Below are positions 10,273-20,355 of a stretch of 64,000 nucleotides of DNA, one piece after another (position 1 is the stretch's first letter; the number at the start of each line of letters is the position of its first letter). The DNA lies in the NCBI GenBank assembly GCA_963793865.1, contig CAWCBP010000010.1, positions 32,001 to 96,000 of the forward strand, given 5' to 3'. Made by a program: the position numbers and the translations under genes. Below the pieces are notes generated by a model. The model saw nothing but the letters and a program-made list of their open reading frames with translations. It made no database searches and was not told where the DNA came from. This stretch comes from an uncultured delta proteobacterium (GTDB lineage Bacteria; Desulfobacterota; WTBG01).

Positions 10273-11619
10273 ACAATGAGTTCACGCTCTGCGCTGCATG
10301 GCGTTTTACTCCACTCTGCTTCAGCCGTTCTATCACTCCCGGGATGATTTCAAAAATGTCTCCCACGATGCCCAGGTGCGCCACTTCGAAGATGGGCGCG
10401 TTCTTGTCCTTGTTGATGGCGATGATGTGATCCGAATCCTGCATGCCCACCAGGTGCTGGATGGCGCCGGAGATGGCGCAGGCGATGTAGAGCCTGGGCC
10501 TTACGGTTTTGCCCGTCTGTCCCACCTGCCGCGCATGGGGCATCCAGCCCGCGTCGATGGCGCTGCGGGAGGCGGCAACCACGCCGCCGAGCAGGTCCGC
10601 CAGGTCCTGGAGCATTTTGAAGTTTTCCGCCTGGAGCAGCCCCCGCCCCCCGCTGACGATGACGTTGGCGCCGGCAATGTTGATGGATCCTTCGGCGCGC
10701 AGGGACTTATTTCCAATACCCTGGTGGTGATCCTGTCCTCGGGCAATTGGAAGGACTCTAAAATCAGTTCACCCTTCCTCCCCGGCTGAAACTGCGGCCT
10801 GGGCATCACGTGGGGCCGCACCGAGGCCATTTGCGGGCGGCAGGTCTCGGTTAGAATGGTGGCCATGATATTGCCGCCAAAAGCCGGACGGGTCTGCTCC
10901 AGCAGGCGCATCTTTTTATCTATGGTCAGCCCCGTGCAGTCGGCGGTCAATCCCGTTTTGAGCGTGGTGGCCACCGCCCCGGCAAGGTCCCTTCCCAGTC
11001 CGGTCGCCCCCATGAGAACAATTTCAGGCTTGTACTTGTTGACAAGCGTCACCGTGCCATGCAGGTAGGAGGCCGTGCGGTAGTGCTGGAGAAGGGGGTC
11101 GTCAATGAGGTATACCTTGTCGGCGCCATATCCGAAGGCCTCCTCTGCCAGTCCCTTCACATGAGAACCCAGCACGAAGGCAGAGAGGTCAACGCCCAGG
11201 TCATTGGCAAGCGTTCGTCCCACGCCCAGCAGCTCCCAGGACACGGGATGGGCCTTCCCGTCGTTCTGTTCAACAAACACCCACACCCCTTTCCATGCCG
11301 CGATCCCGGTTGTCGGCCTCCGTCTCTTCGGGTGACCGCTTCCTCGTCCTTCCTCGGCTGCTTCAGTCTGCATTCCGGCGAGCAGCTTTTCTTCCTCGGG
11401 GGTCAGATACATCTCCAGCGCCGCCGCCGGGCACACCTTGACGCACTTGCGGCAGCCGATGCACTTTTCCGGGGAGATGATGGGTTCACCCCGCTCGTTC
11501 ATTTCAATGGCGTCAGCAGGGCAGGACATCTGGCAGCGCGCGCCGCAGGCGATGCACTTGTCGGGAATGAGCCTGGCTTTCCCCCGCGGCTTCTTTTTCT
11601 TCCTTGCCAAATCTTCCAT
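10271..11619 (-). CDS. etfA: Electron transfer flavoprotein alpha subunit with N-terminal 2x[4Fe-4S] domain (frameshift near 10705)
   Basis: [13 protein letters not shown] and [12 protein letters not shown], then [34 protein letters not shown]. Confidence 0.9.
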
Positions 11620-11661
11620 TGATCCTCCGGAGCGGAAGGGGATGTGTTGCTGGTTTCTGAC

Positions 11662-12483
11662 TTAACTCGTGCAGGCCGCACAAAATCCCAGTCGGCGAGC
11701 TTGTCGGTCATAGCTTTGATGGCTTCTGTCCGGTGATCGCCGGTCCCCGGCGATGATTTCACCTTTTTCCCGCGCCGGGGCAAAGATTTTCCTGACCTGG
11801 GTCGGGGATCCCTGCAGGCCGATGGTTTTGGCGTCAAGCTTGAGCACGCCGTTGTTCCAGAGAGGCATGGCCGCCTCTTCCGCGTCGAGCCGGCCGGGGA
11901 CCGTGGGGTAGCGCGGAATGTTGATCTCGCGCTCAACCGTGATCAGGGCGGGAAGTGCCGCCTCCACTATTTCGTGGTGCTCTTCCAGCTTGCGCTGCAC
12001 GCGGATGACTTTTTTCCCGGAATCAATTTCAATTACCTTGTCGACCAGGGTCAGCTGGGAAAAATTGGTGCGTGACGCAATGCCCGGGCCCACCTGCGCG
12101 GTATCGCCGTCAATGGTCTGCTTGCCGCAGATGACCAGGTCAACCGGTTCCTTTTCGCCGAGCTTGACGATGGCCTCGGTCAGCACCCGGCTGGTTGCCA
12201 GCGTGTCCGCCCCGCCGAAGACGCGGTCGCTTAAGAGCACGGCGTCATCTGCGCCCAGCGAAAGCGCCCGCCGCAGCACGCTTTCCGCCGTGGGCGGTCC
12301 CATGGAAATGGCGGTAACGCGGGCTCCGTAGCGGTCTTTCAGGCGAAGCGCCTCTTCCAGCGCGTGAGTGTCGAAGGGGTTGGTGATGAAGGGGACCCCT
12401 TCCCTCACCAGTGTATTGGTCACCGGGTCCATTTTGACCTGGGTGGTATCAGGCACCATTTTGATGCACACAACGATGTGCAT
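11662..12483 (-). CDS. etfB: Electron transfer flavoprotein beta subunit (possible indel near the 3' end)
   Basis: VCIKMVPDT, GADTLATS and CGKQTIDGDTAQVGP motifs. Confidence 0.93.
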   Translation of the reverse strand: MHIVVCIKMVPDTTQVKMDPVTNTLVREGVPFITNPFDTHALEEALRLKDRYGARVTAISMGPPTAESVLRRALSLGADDAVLLSDRVFGGADTLATSRVLTEAIVKLGEKEPVDLVICGKQTIDGDTAQVGPGIASRTNFSQLTLVDKVIEIDSGKKVIRVQRKLEEHHEIVEAALPALITVEREINIPRYPTVPGRLDAEEAAMPLWNNGVLKLDAKTIGLQGSPTQVRKIFAPAREKGEIIAGDRRSPDRSHQSYDRQARRLGFCAACTS

Positions 12484-12510
12484 AATAACTCCTTGCGGTG
12501 GACAATCGGG

Positions 12511-12970
12511 TCAATTCTTCTTCCTGAAAAACAGCCAGTTCCTGTCTTCCTTCTCCTTTGGCTTGAGCTTTATCAGGCAGAAGGTTCCCTGCAGCTTCTT
12601 TGCCTTCACTTCAAAGACAATGCTTTTTTCTTCCCACTCAACCGGAAGATAGTTTCCGCTGTCCCAGATTTTGACCGTTCCTGCGCCATATTCCCCTTCC
12701 GGTATTTCGCCTTCAAAGGCTTCATATCCGATGGGGTGATCCTCGGTCTCCACCGCCAGCCGCTTGATGCCGGCAGTTCGCGGCGGTTCCTTGGGTATGG
12801 CCCAGCTTTTGAGCACCCCCTCGTGTTCGAGCCGCAGATCGTAGTGGAGATTCCGCGCATGGTGCTTCTGGATCACGAAGCGCAGCGCTTCGGAAGGCTT
12901 TTCCGGGACGCGCGGTGGAGGTTCCGGCGTTTTGCTGAAGTCACGCTTGCGCTGGTACTCTTTGAGGGAA
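12511..12970 (-). CDS. Stand-alone LigD 3'-phosphoesterase (PE) domain protein
   Basis: SLKEYQRKRDFSKTPEP...FVIQKHHARNLHYDLRLE...KSWAIPK...EDHP...GEYGAGTVKIWDSG. The frame extends upstream of the listed ORF and lacks a clear ATG. Confidence 0.85.
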
Positions 12971-12984
12971 TGGGAGGGGTAGGG

Positions 12985-13232
12985 GTTAGTGTACAGGGTA
13001 AGGAAACAGGTTCAGGGTACAGGAACAGGGTTAAAAAACAGTGAACCACGAAGACCACGAAGAAAAGCAGGGAGAACACGAAGTGTCAAGCGCATCAAAT
13101 TGTTTGTCTGTTAACAAAAAATTTGATGCGCTTATGACTCAGTTTCACAAAACATCCATTTGGTGTTGTTGTTCTCGGTTTTTCTCTTCGTGTTCTTCGC
13201 TTTGGATTTTCTCTTCGTGCGCTTCGTGGTTT
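12985..13232. repeat. CAGGG-type tandem motif plus fold-back CACGAAG/CTTCGTG element with a central hairpin
   Basis: Arms at 13044-13083 and 13185-13232. Central inverted repeat AAGCGCATCAAATT...AATTTGATGCGCTT. Confidence 0.75.
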
Positions 13233-13264
13233 AGAGAATCGGTTTATTCGGCCTGCATCCTGCA

Positions 13265-13492
13265 TCATGGATCCTGCATCTTTTCCTTCTTCACCACCCG
13301 CAGCCCTTTTCTTCTTTTCAGCTGCTCCTGCTCCAGCTGGAGCAGCATGCGTCCCTCCAGCATGGATCTCAATATTTTAAAAGAATCTATCAGGGCGCTG
13401 AGCTTGCGGATGGCCTCCTCGATATCCTGGGGATGGTTCAAAGTGCTCACCATCCGGCTGATCTCTTTTACCGACATGTGTTTGAAATTCAT
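13265..13492 (-). CDS. Small hypothetical coiled-coil protein
   Basis: 75-aa ORF with GGAG upstream. Confidence 0.5.
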   Translation of the reverse strand: MNFKHMSVKEISRMVSTLNHPQDIEEAIRKLSALIDSFKILRSMLEGRMLLQLEQEQLKRRKGLRVVKKEKMQDP

Positions 13493-13754
13493 TCCCTGCT
13501 CCGCTTGGAAAGGAAAATGCTGATGAGCGCATCAAGGAACATATGGAAAAGCGGAAAGCTTCCGGTGACGGGTATAATGGGAAAAGAGCGGGCGCCAATA
13601 AAAACAGCCTGCTTCATCACTGCTGCAGACGGGCCGGGCATGCGGCGTGTCACGGCCCTTCCGTGGGGGGACTCAGGCTGCCCGCGACCTGATGGGTTGT
13701 TGGGCTCAAACAGGGAAAAACAGCGGGGGAGAATCAGGTAAAAAAACCTGCTGA

Positions 13755-13946
13755 TTACTCCTCATCCGGCTCGTTCAACCGCACCCACAGCCGTGCCGCC
13801 TCAAGGCATTGATCATGAAACAGGCTTTCTTCCTCTGCCGGCAGATCCTCCTGCGGGTCAATTTCCGGGAACTGTTCCGCCAATGTTTCCCAAAAGGCAT
13901 CGCAGGCCTTCCGCGAGGCAAGCTCTATTTTTTCATCATCTATCAT
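13755..13946 (-). CDS. Small acidic hypothetical protein
   Basis: 63-aa ORF with a GGAG RBS and protein-like composition (DAFWETLAEQFPE). Confidence 0.55.
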   Translation of the reverse strand: MIDDEKIELASRKACDAFWETLAEQFPEIDPQEDLPAEEESLFHDQCLEAARLWVRLNEPDEE

Positions 13947-14165
13947 TCACAGGTCTCCATCACATCACGTTTATCTTCATCGCGTCGAAAGATAACACCT
14001 CAGGGCGGGACAGCTATCCGGCGAGGCCTGCAACGCAAGCAATCTCAACACGACATGTTCATATCACAGAGAGCGGCACAGTCAAGCAAAGATTTGCGTA
14101 ACGGGCGCCTGCTTCGGGCGTGCCGGGTCGGCAGCGCGCAGCCGCCGCGATCATTCAGACGCCAA

Positions 14166-15535
14166 TCACGGCTGACTTTTAAAATCAGCGGCATTGACCT
14201 TGTGCTTTTTGAGAATGTTGTAGAAATCGGCGCGGAACCGTCCCGCCAGCTCGGCCGCCCTGCTGATATTGCCCTTGGTGACCTGGAGCAGATGGATGAT
14301 GTAGCCTTTTTCGAACTCGGCCTTGGCCCTGGTAAGGGATTTTAAAGTCTCTTCCGAAGACCCGTTCGAGGGGAGAATCAGATCTTCGGTAATGACGTCC
14401 TGCTGCGTCATGGCGACGGCATACTCGATGGTGTTCTCCAGTTCCCGTATGTTCCCCGGCCAGTCATGAAGCATCAGCTTTTGCATCCCGGGCGAGGTTA
14501 TGCCCTTCACCTCTTTTTTCATTTTCTGGCTGAACTGTTTAATGAACTCATTTACCAGGGGAAGGATGTCTTCCTTTCGCTCCCTCAGCGGCGGCAGATT
14601 GATGGGGATGACACAAATCCGGTAAAAGAGATCTTCGCGGAAAAGGCCCTCTTCAACCGCTTTTTTAAGATCCTTATTGGTGGCGACAATTACCCTGACA
14701 TCAACTTGATGGGTGTTTTCCCGCCAACGGAATAGAACTGCTGTTCCTGGAGGACGCGCAGGATTTTTGCCTGCAGGGCGGGCGACATGCAGGCGATCTC
14801 GTCCAGGAAAAGGGTTCCCCCGTCGGCCTGCATGAACAGCCCGGTCCGGCTTTGCGAAGCGCCGGTAAACGAGCCCTTCTCGTAGCCGAAAAGCTCGCTC
14901 TCCAGCAGGGTTTCGGGAAGCGCCGCGCAGTTGATGGCCACGAAAGGCTTGTCTTTCCTGTCGCTGGCAAGATGAAGCGTTTTGGCAATAAGCTCCTTGC
15001 CGGTGCCGCTTTCGCCGTAGATGTAAATGGTGGAATCGGTTTTCGCGACCATGGCCACCTGCCGCAGGATCTCCTGCATGTTTTTGCTCCGGGCCACAAT
15101 ATTTTCCACGCTGTATTTCTCATGTAAAAGCCCGGTAAGGTTCTTAATCTTGGCCAGCAACTGGTGTTTTTCGAGCGCCTTCTCGACCTGGAACAGCAGC
15201 TTGTCATGCTCAAACGGCTTGGCAAGGTAGCTGTAGGCGCCTTTTTTCATCGCCTCCACGGCGTTTTCGATGCTCCCGAACGCGGTGAAGATGATGACCG
15301 GCATGTCGGGGTTGATACGGTGAACATCTTCCATCAGGGAGATGCCATCCCCGTCATCATCAAGCTGCAAGTCGATAATGGCGAGGTCGAATGCCTTTTC
15401 TTTCACCGCCTCCAGGGCGGTGTCTTCTCTCTGGGCGGTCGTGACTTCATACTTCTCCGACTCAAGCCGCATCCTTACCACTTCCGCGAGATTTCTGTCG
15501 TCATCCACCACCAAAATCTTTCCCGAACCCATCAC
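14166..15535 (-). CDS. Sigma-54-dependent response regulator (NtrC/GlrR-like), frameshift near 14705
   Basis: REC domain, [19 protein letters not shown], then in another frame FREDLFYR...[10 protein letters not shown] and a Fis HTH. Confidence 0.9.
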
Positions 15536-16353
15536 TGCTCCTCTTGTTCCAGATCCTTCTTCTTTTGCTCAAGTTCAATATCAACCTGCTTTTCTTTCTC
15601 GATAATATCAAGAATGTTCACCCAGATCTTCGCCTGTTCGGCGAACGTGCTCTTGGGATAGTCTTCAATGAGCCTGGTGAAATAGTCCCTGGACTGCCTG
15701 TAGTCCCGCTCAGGGTTGTCAAAATGGACACAAATGAGGCCCATGGTAAAAAGGGCCCTGTCGCCGCCGGGGGCCTTTTTGTCCAGCAGGGACAGCGCCT
15801 TCTGGTTTTCCCTGAGCGATTCCTGGTAATCGCCTTTTATCAGGAGATCCTGGCCGTGCAGCAGGTTCCTGCACGCGGCCTGCTCCCTGCTCTCAGGCTT
15901 TTTTTCAACCTGCTTTTTTTCAACCTGTTTTTTTTCACGTTCGCGAGCAATCCGCTTCTCTTTTTCAATTTCATCAATCACATGCACCCACATGTCTGCC
16001 TGTCCGGCGAGTGCGCTTCCGGGATAGTCTTCAATGAGCTTTTTGAAATTAGCCCTGGACTGCTTGTAGTCCCGTTGCGGGTTGTCGTGGTGGGCATAAA
16101 TGAGACCCATGGAGAAAAGTGCCCTGTCGCCGGGGGGCTTCTTATCAAAGGCGGACACGACGGCCTGGTTCTCCCTCAGGGCGCCCGCGTAATCACCCCG
16201 GGCGAAAAACTCCTGACCGCGAAGCAGGCTTTTGTCGGCGCTGCTGCGCATTTCCACTTCGCGCATGGCGGCGCAGCCAAGAAACGTGAAAAAAGCTACG
16301 CCGGCAATACAAAGATAAATGTACTGCCTTTTCCTAAAGTGCTCTCTGCCCAA
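15532..16353 (-). CDS. TPR lipoprotein (QseG/YfhG-like) with an internal duplication
   Basis: Lipobox FLGC. Two similar halves (GDRALF.MGLI..H.DNP.RDY.QSR..F..LIEDYP). Lies between kinase and regulator. Confidence 0.75.
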   Translation of the reverse strand: MGREHFRKRQYIYLCIAGVAFFTFLGCAAMREVEMRSSADKSLLRGQEFFARGDYAGALRENQAVVSAFDKKPPGDRALFSMGLIYAHHDNPQRDYKQSRANFKKLIEDYPGSALAGQADMWVHVIDEIEKEKRIAREREKKQVEKKQVEKKPESREQAACRNLLHGQDLLIKGDYQESLRENQKALSLLDKKAPGGDRALFTMGLICVHFDNPERDYRQSRDYFTRLIEDYPKSTFAEQAKIWVNILDIIEKEKQVDIELEQKKKDLEQEEQ

Positions 16354-17780
16354 ACCTTACCTCCGTGAGACTCCACAATGTGCTTTACGATTGATAAACC
16401 CAGTCCGGTTCCTTTAATTTTATTCGGACTCCTGGCAGCGCCCTGCTGGAACTTGTCAAAGATGGTGTCCAGGCTTTCCCCGGCAATGCCGGTTCCGGTA
16501 TCGGCCACGGCTATTTTTACCCCCTGCTTAACCGGATGGGCGGAAACGCTGACCGACCCATTGGCCGGGGTGAACTTTATGGCGTTCCCGATCAGGTTGC
16601 GCAAAACCTGGAGGATTTTTTCATGGTCAGCACGCACCGGCATGAGGCCGGTTTCAGCTTTTATGGCGATCCTGATATTTTTGGTCACGGCCAGCGGTTC
16701 AATTTCACGCACCGCCCTGGTTATCAAATCCAGGATATCCGCCTGGACAAAACTATAGGACATCATCCCGGCTTCCATCTTTGCCAGATCCAGTAAGGCG
16801 TTGACCAGCTTGATCAGGCGGGCGCTCTCTTCCGACATGATTGCCAGGAGCTTATGCTGGTTTTCCGTCAGCTCGGTATTTTTAAGGCTCTCTGCCAGGA
16901 GCGATGAGCCTTCCTTGATGGAAGTGAGCGGCGTTCGCAGCTCGTGCGACATCAAGGAAAAAAAATCGGACTTTATCCTGTCGATCTCCTTGAGCCTGCC
17001 GCACATGGCGTTGAATGACTGCGCCAATTCTTTTATTTCAGGCGGCGAGGAGAGATTCAAATCATTGCCGAAATCCCCCCTGGCGATCTCTTTGGTTTTC
17101 TTCTTCATCGCGGCAAGGGGCCGGGTGATGGTTATGGTGAGCAGGATGGAGATGATGAGGATGGCAGCAAGCGCGGCAATGGATATTCCAATCGCCGCTT
17201 TTCTCGCCCGGTCTTCAGCATCCCCCAACTGTTTGACTTTGTTAATGGTCGCAGTGGTGCTGTCGGATGACAGCTTGTTCAGGTTTTCCATTATATCATC
17301 AGCAGCACGGTCTCGCTCTTGCTGAAACCTGACGGCATCGTAATCTTTTCCGGATTTCAAATAGCCCATCTCTTCATTCATTGAAGCCTGGTAGCGTTCA
17401 TAACTATGATTGATTTTCGCCAACCGATCCTTGGCCTCGGCGGTGTTTACCACCGATTCTATTGCTTTGGCATCGGCTTTACTTACCACCGTTGCCAGGT
17501 CGCTCATGCTCGTATCAAATGTAGATTTCACCAGGAGATATTGGCTGTACAACCCTTCGTCTTTAATAATGAAGTACTTCTTTTCGTATCTCACCATCGA
17601 GAAAAAAGCATTGAACAGGTCCTGCTCCAGCAGTATGGAGCCGGCATCAACACTGGTGATAGTTTTTGTTCTATCCTCCAATTGGCGGAGCTGCAGGATG
17701 CAGTATATGCAGGCGGCCATCGCCAGGATGAATATTGCCAGCAGACTGATCACCATTCTGGAAAATATGGTTACTTTCAT
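16296..17780 (-). CDS. Sensor histidine kinase (HAMP-HisKA-HATPase; GlrK-like)
   Basis: Two TM segments, HAMP, SHELRTPL, NLIGNAIKF, DTGTG, GTGLGL. Confidence 0.93.
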   Translation of the reverse strand: MKVTIFSRMVISLLAIFILAMAACIYCILQLRQLEDRTKTITSVDAGSILLEQDLFNAFFSMVRYEKKYFIIKDEGLYSQYLLVKSTFDTSMSDLATVVSKADAKAIESVVNTAEAKDRLAKINHSYERYQASMNEEMGYLKSGKDYDAVRFQQERDRAADDIMENLNKLSSDSTTATINKVKQLGDAEDRARKAAIGISIAALAAILIISILLTITITRPLAAMKKKTKEIARGDFGNDLNLSSPPEIKELAQSFNAMCGRLKEIDRIKSDFFSLMSHELRTPLTSIKEGSSLLAESLKNTELTENQHKLLAIMSEESARLIKLVNALLDLAKMEAGMMSYSFVQADILDLITRAVREIEPLAVTKNIRIAIKAETGLMPVRADHEKILQVLRNLIGNAIKFTPANGSVSVSAHPVKQGVKIAVADTGTGIAGESLDTIFDKFQQGAARSPNKIKGTGLGLSIVKHIVESHGGKVWAESTLGKGSTFIFVLPA

Positions 17781-18352
17781 CTTTCGCCATAAAAAAGATT
17801 TTGATAAAAAATAATTGCCGGCGTTAAAGCGTTACGCTCACAATTTGGCTGCGGGATTGTTAAACCGGGTTCAGTTCTGAGGCGAAGACGTCAGTTTGAT
17901 CTTACGCGGCGCAACAGCTCAAGGTGTCGATGATCCAAGGGGGAAAAGATAGATTCAATATCTTCACTTGATCCCCGGGACCCGGGGGCCATGGCTTTTG
18001 ATGTTCTTTCGTTGAGCGGCAGCATTTATTTATATATTACAATACTATTTACGTTTATGTTTTTAATGAGATCAAAAAAATTCATCTCCCGCGAACTTTG
18101 GTAACAAAATAATTTTATTCTGCAATAAGATGAAATCATCATAAACTAATCTGTATGATTTGTAAACATAACATTTTCATGAGAGGCGGATTATCAATCG
18201 CTGTACTCAATTGTATGCAGAATGCTGCAAAAAGTGTATTCATTTAAGATGATTAAGAGCAGACACTTGATGCTCACCGCTCTGTCTCCAACGTATTGAA
18301 TTGACGATCTTTATCCTGCTGCTTTCTTACCTGCCCGATTATTCCAACCTGT

Positions 18353-18367
18353 TGGCACTTAATTTGC
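18353..18367 (+). promoter_or_regulatory. Sigma-54 (-24/-12) promoter
   Basis: TGGCAC-TTAAT-TTGC with canonical spacing, about 110 bp upstream of the FN3 gene. Confidence 0.7.
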
Positions 18368-18474
18368 GTTATGCCTTATAAAGATGAAATGATCTCTATC
18401 ATTTCCCCTGTTTTATCATGGTGACAGCATAATGCATCAATGGAGTATCTTTTATTTTTGTACGGGAGGTTTAA

Positions 18475-19795
18475 TGGCACGATTGCACAAAAAAAAATAT
18501 AACCGGCCGATATCTGCCGCCTTTTGCGCGTCACTGTTTATTTTCATGGCCTGCTCCAACCTGCATGCTGCTTCAATAAATCTTGCCTGGAATGCCAATA
18601 GCGAATCTGATCTTGCGGGATACCGCATTTATTTCGGGACATCTTCCGGAAACTATACCTCATCACAGGAGACCGGAAGGATAACACGGTATACTCTTTC
18701 CAACCTGACCGAAGGCAGAACCTATTATATCGCTATGTCCGCTTTTGATGCCTCGCGCAATGAGAGTCGAAGGTCGGCTGAGATCAGGGGAGTTGCCACG
18801 AATGAGGAGCCAACAGTACCAACGAGGGACCGTTTATGAAGACGCAGAAGATGGGGGGACTGCCGGCTGGGCTGTTTATGATAACCTGCCGGCGGGGGCA
18901 GGGATAGATAATGTTTATGATGGCGATCGGCAGAGTGATGTGATTGAACTGAGCGGATCCGGGACGCTGAACGGGTATCGCCTGGGCAATGCTGACGGGA
19001 GTGACTGGCACAACAAAACGCAGAGGGTTATTGAATGGAGTATGAATTATACAGAGGCCTTTATAATATACATTGACCTGGAAACAACAGATGGGCATCG
19101 GTATCTCACCTACAGACCCCTTGACACTGATCAGCTCGGCCTGGGAGAGTATGTGTTTTTTGGGTTGGGCACCGATGCGATGGACGGGCAGTGGCACACC
19201 TTTGTGAGGGACCTGCAGGCAGATCTTAACATGGCGCAGCCGAGTGTCACCATACTTGAGGTAAACGGCTTTCTCATCCGGGGAAGCGGCATGGTGGATG
19301 ATATTAAACTTATTTCCGGCTCTACCATTTATGAAGACGGAGAAGACGGGCTGACTACCGGCTGGGCTGTTTATGACAACCTGCCGGCGGGGGCAGAGAT
19401 AGATAATGTTTATGATGGTGATCGGCAGAGTGATGTGATTGAATTTACAGGGTCCGAAACAGATAATGGGTATCGTACAAGCAGCAAGTGGCATAACGAA
19501 ATGCAGAGGGTAATTGAATGAGCATGAGTTATGCAGAGACACTTTATGGTGTACATTACCTGAGACCACAGCAGGAAACTGTTACCTTACTATAAGCCGA
19601 TTGATATGAGCCAACTGGGTACAGACGAGTATGTGTTTTTTGGGTTGGGGACATGCGATGGAAGGGGAGTGGCGCACCTTTGTGAGGGATTGTGCAGGCG
19701 GATCTTAACAGGGCGCAGCCGGGTGTGAACATTCTTGAGGTTAACGGCTTACTGATTCGGGAAGCGGAATGGATGGATTGATATTGAAACTTCAT
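18475..19795 (+). CDS. Secreted fibronectin type III protein with two tandem ~160-aa beta-rich repeats; frameshifted, second repeat degenerate
   Basis: GGAGG RBS, signal peptide, LAWNANSESDLAGYRIYFG...YYIAMSAFD...NES (FN3). Repeat YEDAEDG..GWAVYDNLPAGA starts near 18835 and again near 19330. Confidence 0.7.
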
Positions 19796-19912
19796 GTTAC
19801 TCGATCAATATCAACGTGGGAGGTTGAGCAAATATCATAATCCGTACATTGTGATTATTTCAGGGTGACAAGTTTGTTAGCCCGTAATAGAAGCGGGATT
19901 TGTCTTTTGCAG

Positions 19913-19948
19913 AAAAAGCCTCTCAGTCAGAAGTGATGAGAGGCTTTT
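19913..19948. terminator. Bidirectional intrinsic terminator
   Basis: AAAAGCCTCTCA...TGAGAGGCTTTT between convergent genes. Confidence 0.7.
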
Positions 19949-19980
19949 CAGCTGCTTGAAACAGGAAATCGGGATTTTAA

Positions 19981-20341
19981 TGGTGGAGGCGGCGGGAGTC
20001 GAACCCGCGTCCGGAAATACTCCACTTAAAGTTCTACATGCTTAGCCTGAGTTTTTTATCTCACCTCCCGAAACTCCCGCAGGCAGGATTCCCGGGAGGC
20101 CAGCTCGTGAAGAATTTCATTCTCACCCCCGCGAGCAAAAGGTGGGAACTATCCCGCTGAGTCGACGCCCTTTACAGCCCCGCGGGCATTGGCTGCAAGG
20201 ACGCTTGCTGCTTAGTTAAGCAGCAAGGGCGTAATCATAATCGTTTGCGATTATGTTTATTTCCACCCGTTTAACGAGAGGTTGGAGTGCTCGGCATGCC
20301 CCTTAAGCTTCAATTATCCCCGTCGAAACCGTTTCGCCCCC
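19981..20341 (-). ncRNA. ssrA: tmRNA, tag peptide (A)ANDYDYALAA
   Basis: 5' GGGGGCG and 3' TTCGACTCCCGCCGCCTCCACCA form the tRNA-like ends with G3-U. Tag ORF at about 20216-20248. Adjacent to smpB. Confidence 0.96.
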
Positions 20342-20355
20342 TTTCTAAGGATGAA

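Noticed and set aside
17960..18020. c-di-GMP-I riboswitch upstream of the kinase
   Set aside because: Only fragments (CGAAAG, AAAGCC) resemble it. The core stems are missing.
17800..19980. Genomic island integrated at the tmRNA 3' end
   Set aside because: The region is AT-richer, but I found no integrase and no duplicated ssrA 3' end.
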